Positions 8,343-20,665 of a stretch of 64,000 bases of DNA are shown here, piece after piece. This DNA comes from Balanoglossus misakiensis. Taxonomy: Eukaryota > Animalia > Hemichordata. The notes beneath the pieces were generated by a model. It saw only the letters and a list, made by a program, of their open reading frames with translations, did no database searches and had not been told where the DNA came from. Every line of letters starts with the position of its first letter. Positions within the stretch are counted from its first letter, which is position 1. Position numbers and translations under genes: made by a program. The stretch is taken from NCBI GenBank assembly GCA_040954595.2, contig CM082595.2, positions 395,690-459,689 on the forward strand, read 5' to 3'.

Positions 8343-10935
8343 CTGAAAAGGCAGGAACAAACAAGTTTGTCATTAGCTGTTCTAATTTCACCATTTTGCA
8401 AGTAGCTATTGACATATATAAATTTTGAAAATCACAACAATGTTATTAGATTTTTCCCCTTTCAAAGTCAGCTTATGAAAAGATTAGAAAAGCCAATGGC
8501 TGTGATGTCATCAAGTGCACAGCGCCCCCTCAGATCGTATCCTTTACCCGCACTGCTGTCAGCCACCTACGTCCCCCTATGGCATTTAAGCTCGACTCAA
8601 AGCAAGTTCCAAGATTAAAATCAAACATGGTAAACACTACAGCAAAAAACATTCTTGAAAAACGCTTGTAATTGCCAGTAAACAGATAGCATCAGACAGG
8701 AACGGATGGATCCAAGTTGTTTCCATATTTTGCCAATTCCTCCCGGGATCACTTAGTCTAAAGGGCTGAAGAGGGCACACTGCTAGATGATATGAGGGAA
8801 AACGTTGAAGTCAAGACTTAATCTTCATCTTATGCAAGCCATAGGCATTTTATGTACGTTTAGCGACATTACCTCTTGGGATATTTAGAATCAACCAACA
8901 GCATGAATAAGTTAGTGTGCAAAAATTTAGAGATGATGGGAGACTTAATTTTTTATGGCGCAATTCAGAATTGTCAAATGTTACTGTAGCAGATAACTCA
9001 ACCCACTTCTTTCTGAAGACTAATGGTTGACGTGATAAAATCAGACTTGTGTGTTTGCTGATGTTTTCTGAACCAGAGACGAAAAATCCCAACCATTAAG
9101 TCAGATTTGTTGCTAAATGTCAGGTCCATCAAAGACCAAACATTTTTTTTAGAATATGTACAAACAAAGAAGATTGTGTGATTATCTTGGTGATAGGACC
9201 TTCAAAATTTTATGAAGGAAATTATATGAAAGGAAAATGATTCAGACTTTCATGTCTTTTTTTTACCAATTTCTACATTTATTCTTTGCTAATGGGAATC
9301 TGTTCCTACTGATAATTCATGGATACTTCAATATATTCCTTCAGATTTCATGAGTTTAAGGAGTTATTCGTATGAAAAGGAAAGTCTGACAAATATAGGT
9401 TACATTGACATATGTAAATTATATCAATTAAAGCAAAAACTCTGACAGATAGATATTCTGATGACATTTACAATTAAATTTTTCTCCTTTTCCCCTGATG
9501 CTTCTGTTATGCCTGTTCCCTGCTGATCAGGCCACTGACAACAATGTCAAATATTGAGATTGCCACAGTCAGTATGTTCAGTGACGGGAATTAGAAAGGC
9601 TATCTTTTGGCCTCTGTCGATGGAACCCATGGATTTTCGCACACGGACGTCAATCATTTACGCCCCCAAGGGTGGCGTTTTGAGCCGCAAACTGATGAAA
9701 AAATTGGCTGAATATTGAAAGTGTGCAATATGAAGTAATGACACTGTGACTCGAGCAACCGACGTTATCAAACTGCTAAATGAATCTGTGGTTCCAGGAA
9801 AATAAAATGTCAGCCCACAGGAATATTACCTTGCTACAATTAATTATTTCAGTATCCCTGGGAGGGATGTGGTACATGCTTGAAAAGATTTTGATCAAAT
9901 TTGGTCATTATCAGTGAGAAATTATTTGTGATGAAAACAGAAATGAGAGGAAACACTGCAAAACTGTTCTCGCTACTTCACAGATCTAGTTCGATATTTA
10001 ATGAACTGAATCATATTTTTTGTTGTTCAACAGATAAATTATTCAGCTGCACAAAAATTGGCGATATTCAAATTGATTGTGCTACCAGTAATATTAAATC
10101 ATACATCATGATAAAACCCAACACTGGTGATATAATTCATGATAGACTTCTGTCGTAAAGTGTAGTTTAGCTCAAGTAAAAAAAATAGTTTCCTTCTTGA
10201 ATTTTTATGACCAATTATAAATCAAATCTGAAAGGAATGCCAGCAAAACTGGAAAAGAAGAGTGTGAGAAATATTACAGAGACAGCTGAGCCATGAACAG
10301 ACAGCCCCAGGTAGGATATTCCGCGACAGAACCTTGTACACATTTACAAGTCATATATCACAGCGCAGCTGAACAGATGGATTTGTCAACCAAAGAAAAT
10401 TGAATCAGAATTACTTTTTTCCATTGTTGGGGATATTAGCAAATGAAAACTAATGATGCAAAGAGAATAATGCATGTGAGTAATAGTCAGATAGTTTCAC
10501 ATTTGCTCATGGCATGGTTTGTTTTCTTGAATGAATTCAAAATTAAATCTATTTTTCCTTGGGTGAGCCTTGTGCGATATACCCGTTGTACATTAGTCAA
10601 GTTTGATGGTCGAGATGAATTTGTGATCAAAGTTTGTCTGATAAAGATAACTTTAGATATCAATCATGCGACTTCTATCATGCAATGATTTTTCCCTGCC
10701 TGATGGCAGCCTTTGGCTACGTTGTTGTGAAAAAGTGCCGGTAATGCCTTCTGTTTGATTATCTTTTGATGGGGATGAAAATAAGATGGGGAGACTTCAG
10801 AGAGTTGTAGAGTTAGCTACAGCATCAGTGCCAACAACTGAGTGCAATTACCAAGATATAATTATACCAAAGTTAATGCAATATGACCAGAGATAAGGTG
10901 GAGGTCCCAAGAGACAGTCTTATCAAGAAACCAAC

Positions 10936-11054
10936 CTTCGCGAAATGACTGGTAGTTAATGTTGCATTTGAGTTCCACCCATTTCAGTTTGAAGTCATCA
11001 CACGCCTTATCTCGTATCCTACGCCATCCGCGAGCCAGTAATGGCGTTTCAATT
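10936..11054 (-). CDS. TTLL10: Mutually exclusive exon A (IETPLLARGWRRIRDKACDDFKLKWVELKCNINYQSFRE)
   Basis: TTTTTGTCAG acceptor, GTTGGT donor, 119 nt, phase 2 to 1. Confidence 0.88.
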
Positions 11055-11306
11055 CTGACAAAAACAAACAACCAATCAGGGTGAGTCCTCGGCTGTCAAT
11101 CACACAGAGTTAACCATTAGTAGAAAAGGGCGGGGGAGTTTATTGTGTCGCTGAAACAAAAGGTTGCCTGTTTCCCATTTTACGCTTTTTGGAGGGGTGT
11201 CAGGGTGAGGGAAGGACTGTGACATGAAAGTGTGCCTGTAATAAAATATGGGGGGGGAGCATGTGGCAGGAAGCAGCAACACACTGGCATGCACATTGGG
11301 ACATAC

Positions 11307-11425
11307 CTTCTCTGAAAGTGGAAAAGTCAATATGACTTTTAAGCTCCACCCATTTCAGCTTGTAGCCATGACTGTATCTGTCTGAAATGCGCTGCCAGCC
11401 TTTTGCTAAGAGAGGTTCTGCAACT
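11307..11425 (-). CDS. TTLL10: Mutually exclusive exon B (VAEPLLAKGWQRISDRYSHGYKLKWVELKSHIDFSTFRE)
   Basis: CTCAG acceptor after a long pyrimidine tract, GTATGT donor, 119 nt, phase 2 to 1; paralogous to exon A. Confidence 0.9.
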
Positions 11426-12707
11426 CTGAGATCAAGGAGCAAAAAAAGAAACAAAAACAATAACAGACTATGCAAGAACACACACTACAAGAAGCAAGAT
11501 TTCAATATTCTAGGCTTGCAAAGTGCATCACAGAAAGAAAGCAGCAACTATAACAACATAGAGAAGTCACAAACACACTGAATAAAGGAAATAAGATAAT
11601 ACTTTCAGAAACATCACCATAAAATGTGACTTTTCATGTTCTTTATGACCACAATGGTCCAATTTTCATTTTTCAGAAAGAGCAGAAAACGTACATGTAC
11701 TGTAGAAAGTGCATGTTACTGTGGATGCGATTAAGGATCTTTAGATGTGAGACTGTTTGAATCTGAATGTGAGAAAAAAGTCTCAGTCAATTCAAGCGGT
11801 TTATCTCATTTCCCAGTGGACAGGATAAGAGCAAAGCCACGGACAGAACAGATACAACGATGGTACAACGTGGAATGTATTATGTACACTGCATGCTTGG
11901 GGAGTTCAAGTGATTCATGGAGTAAACGTTTGAATGACATGGAAATTTTTTCACTCAGGAAATGGAATGAGTAAAACGATGGCCATGAAATGTTAATGTG
12001 TGTAATGGGAATACGTTAACAACCTTTTATCTTATCGAACACAGTGAAATGATATGGAAATATATAATGAGATTTGAAAAGTATAATATGAGGTTATGTA
12101 CATGCAATTAACCCTTTGCACTCTGAACCCCTGGTATGAGTATGGGAGAATTTTTGTGTTTTCCCAGAACTTGGGTACACAATAATATGTGTCTGGTTCT
12201 GTATTAACATTAAAGGGCCCTATCTGTAACTTCTGGCAATTTTTCAGAGATCACACCTTTAGTTTGCCAATAATTTGTGATAACTGGGAACTTAAATTGA
12301 CAATTTCTCGTCTGATATTTTGCAAAGTTGACCAGTGAGATGTACTGTAACTTTCACTGCAAATGGCAATTCACATGAGACTTAATACTTACAAGTACAT
12401 CTACATGTATGTCAAGTCATTTGGGGGATTGAGGGAGAATTACAGAGTTCTGTTTGTGTATGTACATCTTCTACAGAGCCATGGATAATTGCATGTACAT
12501 GTACCAGGTGTACATTGAATATTACAGACCGAGCATGGGATTTTTTTGCATGGGTGGGTGACCAAAACAAAAAAGTGGCCAAATAAAATTCCATGTTCAG
12601 TCTTTAATATTTGATTAGCTGCTTTCCAATATAGTTCATCATCTTCTCTTTATGATTTCAATATGCAGATCTGGTAGTTTATAAATAATCTTTCGAACAA
12701 GACTTAC

Positions 12708-12903
12708 AGCGATACACCATTGCCGCCACCAACGTAAAACGCTGGCCCCGATTCTTTGCTTCTCCCGCTTCTGACGGTACTGATATGATTGTTTGGTTGC
12801 TCATTTTTGTCACCTCCACTGGACGACCGTTTTCCACCCGGTGTTTGGTTACCTCTCCCTGAGTTTCCGCTGGGCGTGTTGTTGGAAGAACTTCTTTCAC
12901 CGC
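12708..12903 (-). CDS. TTLL10: TTLL10-like exon: Ser/Gly/Asn linker then GPAFYVGGGNGVS
   Basis: CTTACAG acceptor, GTAAGT donor, 196 nt, phase 1 to 2; GP.FY.GG.NG is the recalled start of the TTLL10 core. Confidence 0.88.
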
Positions 12904-15619
12904 CTGTAAGACCAAGTTGCATAGAAGTGAGGGCGCTTTTATCATGTGAATTGAGGTTTACGATAATAGGATACAAGCAACATAAATCATGGTTCCATGA
13001 AAAGTGAATATCAGGGTTCAAACTGTACACTCACAGACACTAGAAATTCTCAGACTTTCCAGGAAATATCTCAGCATCTGTTTCTAAAGAATAGTTGAAG
13101 TTACAAGTGTCATGTTCCAGGAAATATATGGTATGGTAATCATGTAATATTATGTGTCCAAAATAAATATGCATTTTTTATATTATTTCACACTGAATAT
13201 TTTCTGTTGCATAGACAACAACAAATACAGACAGAAAAGATTTCTGTGTATGAAATTACTTCAAAATCAAGTGGACTGCAATATGAATCACCCACCCACA
13301 GAACAGCCACTCAGAATGCAAGTAAAAACAAACGTGTATGGTTCTCATTGCATGAATACCTACTTGTCAGAACTATCGATATCAATAAAACAATCCACTG
13401 AATTTCCTCCGCAGTTTCTAGAGAACATGCAAATTGAGAACACACACAAGGATACAGGTTCTTTCAAACAACACACAATGTCTTAAAGGTCACTAATGGA
13501 AACCTTTTAAGCCGTAAACAGAAATAATCAATAAACCTGACAAGTTTATTAAAAGGAACTTCCTTCTCGCTGCTGTCAGAACATTTCTATAGTCTAATTT
13601 CAAAAACATATTTCATGAATTATTAATGGTCTTGTGTTGTATTTTCATACAATATTTGTTGAAAGTTAATCATTCATCTCACCTGCCTTCATTTTCTGCA
13701 TCATGCATTATGATTGCAAACATAAATCACTCCTTGCTGATAAACTAAATATATCTACACAAAGTAAAGTCTAATTTAATCAGTTTCTTTTCTTGATGGA
13801 TTATTTCTCAATAATGCAGTTTATTAAAATGGAATGGTGGGACTGTGAATGGATGTATAAAAGGACACACATAAAGGAAGTTTTTTTTGACAGCAGGACT
13901 GATAGATTTTATGAAATATGATTTTTATAGAATGAAAAGTTCAATGTAAAATTAAACAAATAATAACAAAATGTAATGTACACAAGGCAACCCAGATTCT
14001 CAAGGTTCCCTTAGCAATCTGTTGAATTCAACCCAAAATGGATACAGCCTAATCATAGTTAAAACCTGATGGTGGTTCCCCACTTATTTAAAATTAAGTT
14101 TGGACGTGCTGTACGTATGCAGAGTGTGTAAACTACAAACTAAAATGCAAATAGCATTCTTTCTTATACAAATTACTAGCATGTGAAAATGTATCCACAA
14201 ACGGAATATGATGTTCGGAACACAGGTCTGCATAAATTCACTATTGAGTAAAAATCTCTTTTATGTCCACTCGTTGAATAATTCAGTCTTTCTGGGATGA
14301 CATTTGCAGAAGGTGTCCCAGTCTCACCTCGATTTAATGTCAATGCTTTGACATACAATGCGAGCCAGAGATTTACAGTCAATTTGAAAAGCAACGGTTA
14401 TGCATATGCGTTTTCCACTCCATCTGAGAAGCCATCGGGTGATATCCATGCGAACTGGGTCACTAGGTATAAGCACAATACCAAAATGCTCTATGTTAGA
14501 CAGGCTGAGATAACTTTGATAGCATTCAATGTTATCATGTGAAAATTTCTTTTCTTCTCCCAGATATTCTTGTTTATAAATCATAAATGAGAAAGAGATA
14601 TATACTGAACTTACAGAGTCAAATTACATCAAACCTATTTTTGTACGGTTTTCCATAATGGAGTAGAAATATGTTATTAAAAACTGAGTGGTCTCTCAGT
14701 AGTAAGAATTAATCAAATTGCTTTTTAAGTTCAGTCAACATCATTAGAGGCTCAGCAAGTGTTCTTAGGTTTGAGATGTTTTGATGTCTTGGATTATTTC
14801 TCAAGGAAACTTGGGGCATAACTTGAAATATCTCTCCTTAGAAGGGCAGATGTTCTTGACATCATAGCCATCTACAAAAACTAGTTTGCTATGAATTGGC
14901 AGCATGATATTGGATGTACAGAGAGAATGTTGTATACAATACCGGTTACAATAATACCCGTGCATTTCACAATACAGAAACATATTCAAGAAATTCTAAT
15001 CCAATAACATCATTGGGATCAGGTGATGTTACCCTAATTGCTGTCACAAAATTTTCCTAAGCTGTCATGAGATTTTCTAAGCTTACCTGATTTGCTTTTT
15101 ATGCAAATTGTCTCATTTTTTTATTACCACGAACATTTCGTGCGACGGACACCCTAACAGAGTCAGGTTCAAGACTTTCATTGTTTGCTGCTAAGCTCTC
15201 AAATCCCATTTGGATGCTTTAATTGAATTTGTCCATTAGAAGTGTGGTCTCTCCCTCTCCTGACATTTTCCATGTGAAACCTGTCAAAACCCATCGTGTG
15301 AATCACAGTTTATTGATGTCTCTGCTAATGTTGATATGATGCAGTCTGGCACTGCCTGCCAAAAAGGCTCAAAGCACGGTACAACGACCTCTAGATTACA
15401 AATTCAATTTTTCGCTACGAGTAACGAAGTACAAATTTTTAGAACACAATACAATGACCTCCCGTTCAAAAAAATGCAACTCCCCTCCACACTCTAATTA
15501 TTTCAGTAATCATCTTAATTTGCAGGAAATCCAGGAGATCTGACTGAGTCTTCTCAATACGTTGACAAAACTTCCCAAGACTCAACCACCGCTTCTTGCC
15601 AATGGAACGGGATAACGCA

Positions 15620-15633
15620 GTATCCATGGCAAC
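15620..15633. promoter_or_regulatory. RFX X-box-like motif GTATCCATGGCAAC in the intron between the NlpC/P60 and TTLL10 halves
   Basis: Matches the X-box consensus GTHNYY-AT-RRNAAC; a weaker motif lies at about 15595-15608. Confidence 0.45.
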
Positions 15634-18566
15634 AAAGACACACTTATCATTTTCAGGGTCAACACAGATGCTCTCATACGAGGTTCCTACTGTTTATCTA
15701 TCTCATTTCTTGCGCAAAGTAATTGATTCCAGAATGCATCCATCTGAAACATTTCTCACAATGTTTATGCACTGCAGGATACTGGAGTGAAATGATTTTA
15801 TTCTTTCATTTCACAAATTGTGTGCAATGTTCAGAAACCAAAATGAAAACATACGCAAATCAGAAATCCACCAGAACCGCCCCATAAATGTAGCCATTAT
15901 TCCAACTACCCAAGAGAGATGCAGCTAAGAGATTAAACGATATTTTATGGGAATGATGATAAACGATCGAATCTTCAAGATCTTTGTACATGTGGGATGC
16001 CAGTGACAAATTTACGACTAACAGCTCACTGTAATGCTAAATGGTTAGACTCTGTGTCAAGCCAATTTAAAATCCAAACAGAGAGTCATTTTCAAATAAG
16101 ATCCCTCATTCTAATGCTTACACGTATTAAGACATACTGAGCCATGACAGGGTACGTTCTTTAAGAATTATCCTGTCTAACAAAAAAGGGATCAACAAAA
16201 TGCATCTGTGCCTTCGTCAGTGTCTCTCTTATTCATCCAAAAAGTCGATGATCCATTCTTTGCCGTGAAATTGTATTCATTTATCATAAAAAAAGACATA
16301 ACTGTACAACTACTAGCATCACCTATGACCTCCTATCATACAATACATTCCCATGTTTGTACAGTACATGGAAATGGCTGATGTCGGCCATCTTGAATTT
16401 CAATTTGATGGTCAGGATGTTGGCCATTTTGAATTTCAAAGATTGGTATTAAAATTTGATCTATACTGGCTGTCTAGTTTTGCATATGGGCCCAAACTAA
16501 AAGTTTATTTTTCACACACTTCTAAAAGTAGTTCAGTTACTTTTAAAACTCAGGATGCATGGAAAATGCATGTGTTCTTTCTACTTAATTCTATCCCCAC
16601 TTTTAACCAACGGTACAAATCATACAGGAAGAGTGTAGTAAACAGCCACTTTGCTGCAACAGAAATTCTGTCTTCCGCTTTTCTGTCTCACGCTGACAGA
16701 AAGTGAAGATTTTATTTCCTGAAGATGTTCACAAGGATATGCCTGGGAGGAAATGTGATTTTCGTTAACAAGGTGAGTGAAGTTTGCTGGGGAAATTCGA
16801 TTTGGTCGGTCACTAGAGAAAGCCATGAGAGCACTTTTCTCATTGTGTAGAAATTAGGACAGAGAGCGTTGCAAGAGAAAGTCAGTCAGTTTTGGAGAGA
16901 TCTCCAATTTGTGTGTTAGATTTTTCACCTTTTATGACCTCGGTCAAATTGTTCGTGCGGAAGCTCTATGGATCTTCACTTAGTCATGCCTTAATTGGTA
17001 GCAAACGTGAATGAAATAGCACAGATGCTAATTTAATTTCTACACTTCCTTTGAAGATTTATAATGTAATATGAAAGAATACATCACTTCTCCTGTGTTA
17101 ACTAAGAAATAGTGCAGTAACCCACGCTTCGTATTAAATCATGGGCATCTATCTTTACACGTACATGATGAAAACTTGACATTTCATTCACTTTAACAGT
17201 CACACCACCTGTATATCATTAAACATTTTGTCAAAAACAAATCTGACAGCAAACACACTTCACACTTTCATCGCCTACAGCAGAAATTATTGTTGACATG
17301 TCATATTCTAATCAAACTTTAACTGAAATTTCACTTTGAATGATACCTGAACTCATTTCATTTTAAATTTGGCTAGTCAGAAATGCAACCAATAGCGAGC
17401 CAGCCTGTGATAAGAACGTCGGAGAAAAGTCCCACAAAAAATTGAAGAGGCAACAAATAAGAACTGGTGATTGAAGATAATTACACCAGGATTGTGAATA
17501 AGTATTTCTTCGGGAACAGATTCCCTAATCCCTTGTTTGATCATAATCCTTTTTAACACCATGATAAATCAGTGTGTCTCTCACACACAGAGCAGAAACA
17601 AAACCCCAGCCATCAATCAACAGCAAAATCTGTCAATACTCCTTCAAAGGCCGTCATTTCCCTCCAAAACTTAATAGTACCATCTCCACTTCCGATTATT
17701 TGCATAATTTCTTTGCAAACAATGAAATTTGCTTCCAAGAAAGCCAATCTTTCCAAATCTCGCCATAATCTCATTCTTTGATGAGAGGATTATTTACAAA
17801 ATTGCACCTGTAGTATTTGCCGTTGATGACTTCATCAGTGAATTCACAGCTATTTTCCCTCAATTTTTGATGATTGTGCTGTCAATCAAAACATAGCTGG
17901 TTTCCTTTAGAAGAACTTTGATATTTTTTGACAGGCTAGTTAAAACAGCACAAAAAAATTTCAGAAAATCCCAGACTACAATTTCTGGGCATTCTCGAAC
18001 ACATTATATTTACTATCATGGCGATGATCATATATATGTTAAAGTACACAAGATATTATCTCAGTCTTCAGTTATGTGATCAAATCTAGCAGCTTTTAGA
18101 GGAAATAACAAAAACACTTGGAAGACATAATGAACATTTCCATCTGTGATTTTAGTCCAAGCGCTTGTTGACTTTACTTCTGCACCAACCATATTTAATA
18201 ATCTCCCAATACATTCTATTGTGCCTTGCACTGTTTCCACATTTCCTTCCAAAATAAAATCCAATATGGCTACCGGCAAACAGATTTGAAAATACAGTAA
18301 TTGCATCAATGATTTAAGCATGTCTACCAGTCCCTTGGGGTATTACAGTTGATATACACTATCAAACACATTCTGATCATTTCACCATTACTGGACAGGA
18401 ATAAAACCGGAGCAGAAGTCCCCATTAAGCAGAGATTTGGCAGATTACAAGTTCGGCATCACGACCAGCATTTGTTTGTGGGAAGAAAAGCAGAAAATCT
18501 TCTTAAATAAATCTATCTGGGGAGTCCCTGTAGTTAAACTATTAGAGGAAGATCTAATGCACTAAC

Positions 18567-19165
18567 CCCTGCCGCCTATGGAGGAACCTTTACTCTTTTG
18601 TTTGTCATCACCATCGCATGGTTCCTCATCGTCTTCGCTTGCCTCCTCTAGCTCACCATAGTAACTCTCTATGACGCAGTCATCCTCACTGTGGTTGCTG
18701 TGGCAACAATCGACATCTCTATCTTCGTCCTCACTGTCGTCCATCTCGCAGATTGAACAGTTGTCAGAGAATGCACTGTCATCATCCTTGTTCTCATTCA
18801 CACAGCAAACATTCTCCTCCACCTCATCTCTCGTCCTTTTCTCGTGTTTGCAAACGTCTTCACTGCCAGAATGAGCTCTTGCCAACTCTTTACTTTCCTC
18901 TTGAAATAAACTTTCATTTTCAAACACTACTTTGTGTCCTTCTGTCCTGTCAATCAAGCCATCTCCACCACTCTTTATCTGACCTGATGATGAGATGTCT
19001 TCCCTGTTGTCCTGGCAACACTCTGAGACATCATCCTGATCATCATCATCATCATCAAAATCTTCTGCTGCTTCGTCTTGCTCTGTTTCAGAATCTTCAA
19101 GTGCAAATATTGACATCTTTCCAGGTTCGTATTTGGATTTGCGCCATGGATGCTCGGGGCAGAAA
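18567..19165 (-). CDS. End of the NlpC/P60 module (FCPEHPW) and ~180-aa Asp/Glu-rich, Cys-studded linker
   Basis: TCATCCAG acceptor in phase 2 continues ...GICRS; 599 nt to a G|GTTAGT phase-1 donor. If unspliced it terminates at TAG 18562-18564. Confidence 0.8.
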
Positions 19166-19841
19166 CTGGATGACGAAAAATCATTGTAAATCAATATTTA
19201 GATGGATTTAAGGAACTAATGGTTGTCTACAGGTATTGATGGCTTGAAGCTAAGCTTTCTTTATTCTGTAAAGGTTTGTTTAAAGGTATGATAAAACAGT
19301 AATAATTGCATACAGTGGCAGAACACAATAGATGAGAGAATATCTCATGTAATTGTAAAGTACTGAACTAGAATTCAAGCCTAATTATGTAAATATGTAC
19401 ACCAGCATAGTCTACTGGTCTCTGGTTAATTTGATGTTATTCTGCCCAAGGCTATCTTGAAACAAGAATCTCTTGTCTTTTGTAACAGAGTCTCTAATTG
19501 GATGACCTTGACCATCTAAAGTCATTGTCCCCAAGATAAAAAGATAGTGGGGTTTAAATCATGGAGATGGTACAGGCATAAAATGTAGATTCATATTATA
19601 ATCATAACTGTGCGAGCAGGATTCCTACTTTAATTCAAACAAATTGTTGGACTTTTCTTGGGAAGATTCCTTTTTTTTTCCAGTTCCTTTGGGACTTTCC
19701 TGGAGCGGTTTAAATTCCAGGACTTTGCAGGAGCAAAGATTGCCAGTCTGGGCAACGTGAAAATGACCACAACTCGGTGCAAGTCAGATGGAACATCTAC
19801 AGCAGTTCGTTTCACACTGCAATGACTAAGAAACCAATTAC

Positions 19842-20031
19842 CTTCTGCATATACCCTGTAGCCAAGTGTCAATGGATTTGAAGTGATACACCATGCTGTG
19901 ATAACTCTTGGAGATGAATTTGTAGGAATCAAAGACTTGTACATGACCCTTCTGCCATCTTGCACCAACTGACTTCTCTCCATCTCCTGCCCAGATCTCC
20001 ACATGCACCATATTATGTCGCTGCTTCCGAG
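19842..20031 (-). CDS. NlpC/P60 exon with catalytic His (RKQRHNMVHVEIWAGDGEKSVGARW...WLQGICR)
   Basis: TTTGTTTAG acceptor, GTAATT donor, 190 nt, phase 1 to 2; HVxI..G.G motif. Confidence 0.9.
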
Positions 20032-20458
20032 CTAAACAAAACAAACAAAATAAAGATCAGAATAAAATGCTCACATTTCCATTGATCACTGACAAGTCTC
20101 GCGATTTCGCCCATGGCTTGCAAAATGCCATCAAATGGAATAAACACACAGTGCAAAGGTTCTTATAGATACCGGCAAACAAGACTGTCAAGACAAGATG
20201 GAAAAGAACGAATGACAGCTCTCATCACCTTTTCTTGGCCCTGGAGTTTAAGTATAGTTTTACACAGTATTACAAGTCTCACTGGGACCTATTTCTTTCT
20301 GAAATGCCGGAAAATCTTCATAGCAGGGGACTTGGGTTTGGAAACTAAGCACATAATTACAACTTTTTTCAGTCTAAATTATCAATACAATATCCTATAG
20401 ACTGTCCATGAAATAATTCCTCAACAGAGGAACTCCAAAGTAATTCTGAGACTCTCAC

Positions 20459-20665
20459 CTTTTGGATTGAAATATACGGCCGATATAAACACCAGGTCAC
20501 CTGGTTTCATGTCTTCTTCCCTTTCTATGGTGACCGGCAATGTGTCATACTGGTACGCCTGATTCCATGCACCGACATTGAAGCCAAAATCTTCTTTCAA
20601 GTCTCGTAGAACTCGTCGTGTCAGACCACAGCAGTCCAAGAAGAGGGGAGCGTCGTAGTCTGGTG
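20459..20665 (-). CDS. NlpC/P60 exon with catalytic Cys (PLFLDCCGLTRRV...NQAYQY...MKPGDLVF)
   Basis: TTTTCAG acceptor, GTGAGA donor, 207 nt, phase 1 to 1; DCxG and PGDLVF motifs. Confidence 0.92.

Noticed and set aside
14297-14542. Plus-strand 81-aa ORF with a faint beta-sandwich-like stretch (VSPRFNVNALTYNAS)
   Set aside because: Short, intronic, antisense, stops immediately upstream, no partner exons; similarity too weak to support.
18671-19211. Plus-strand His/Ser-rich ORFs
   Set aside because: Antisense shadows of the acidic coding exon.
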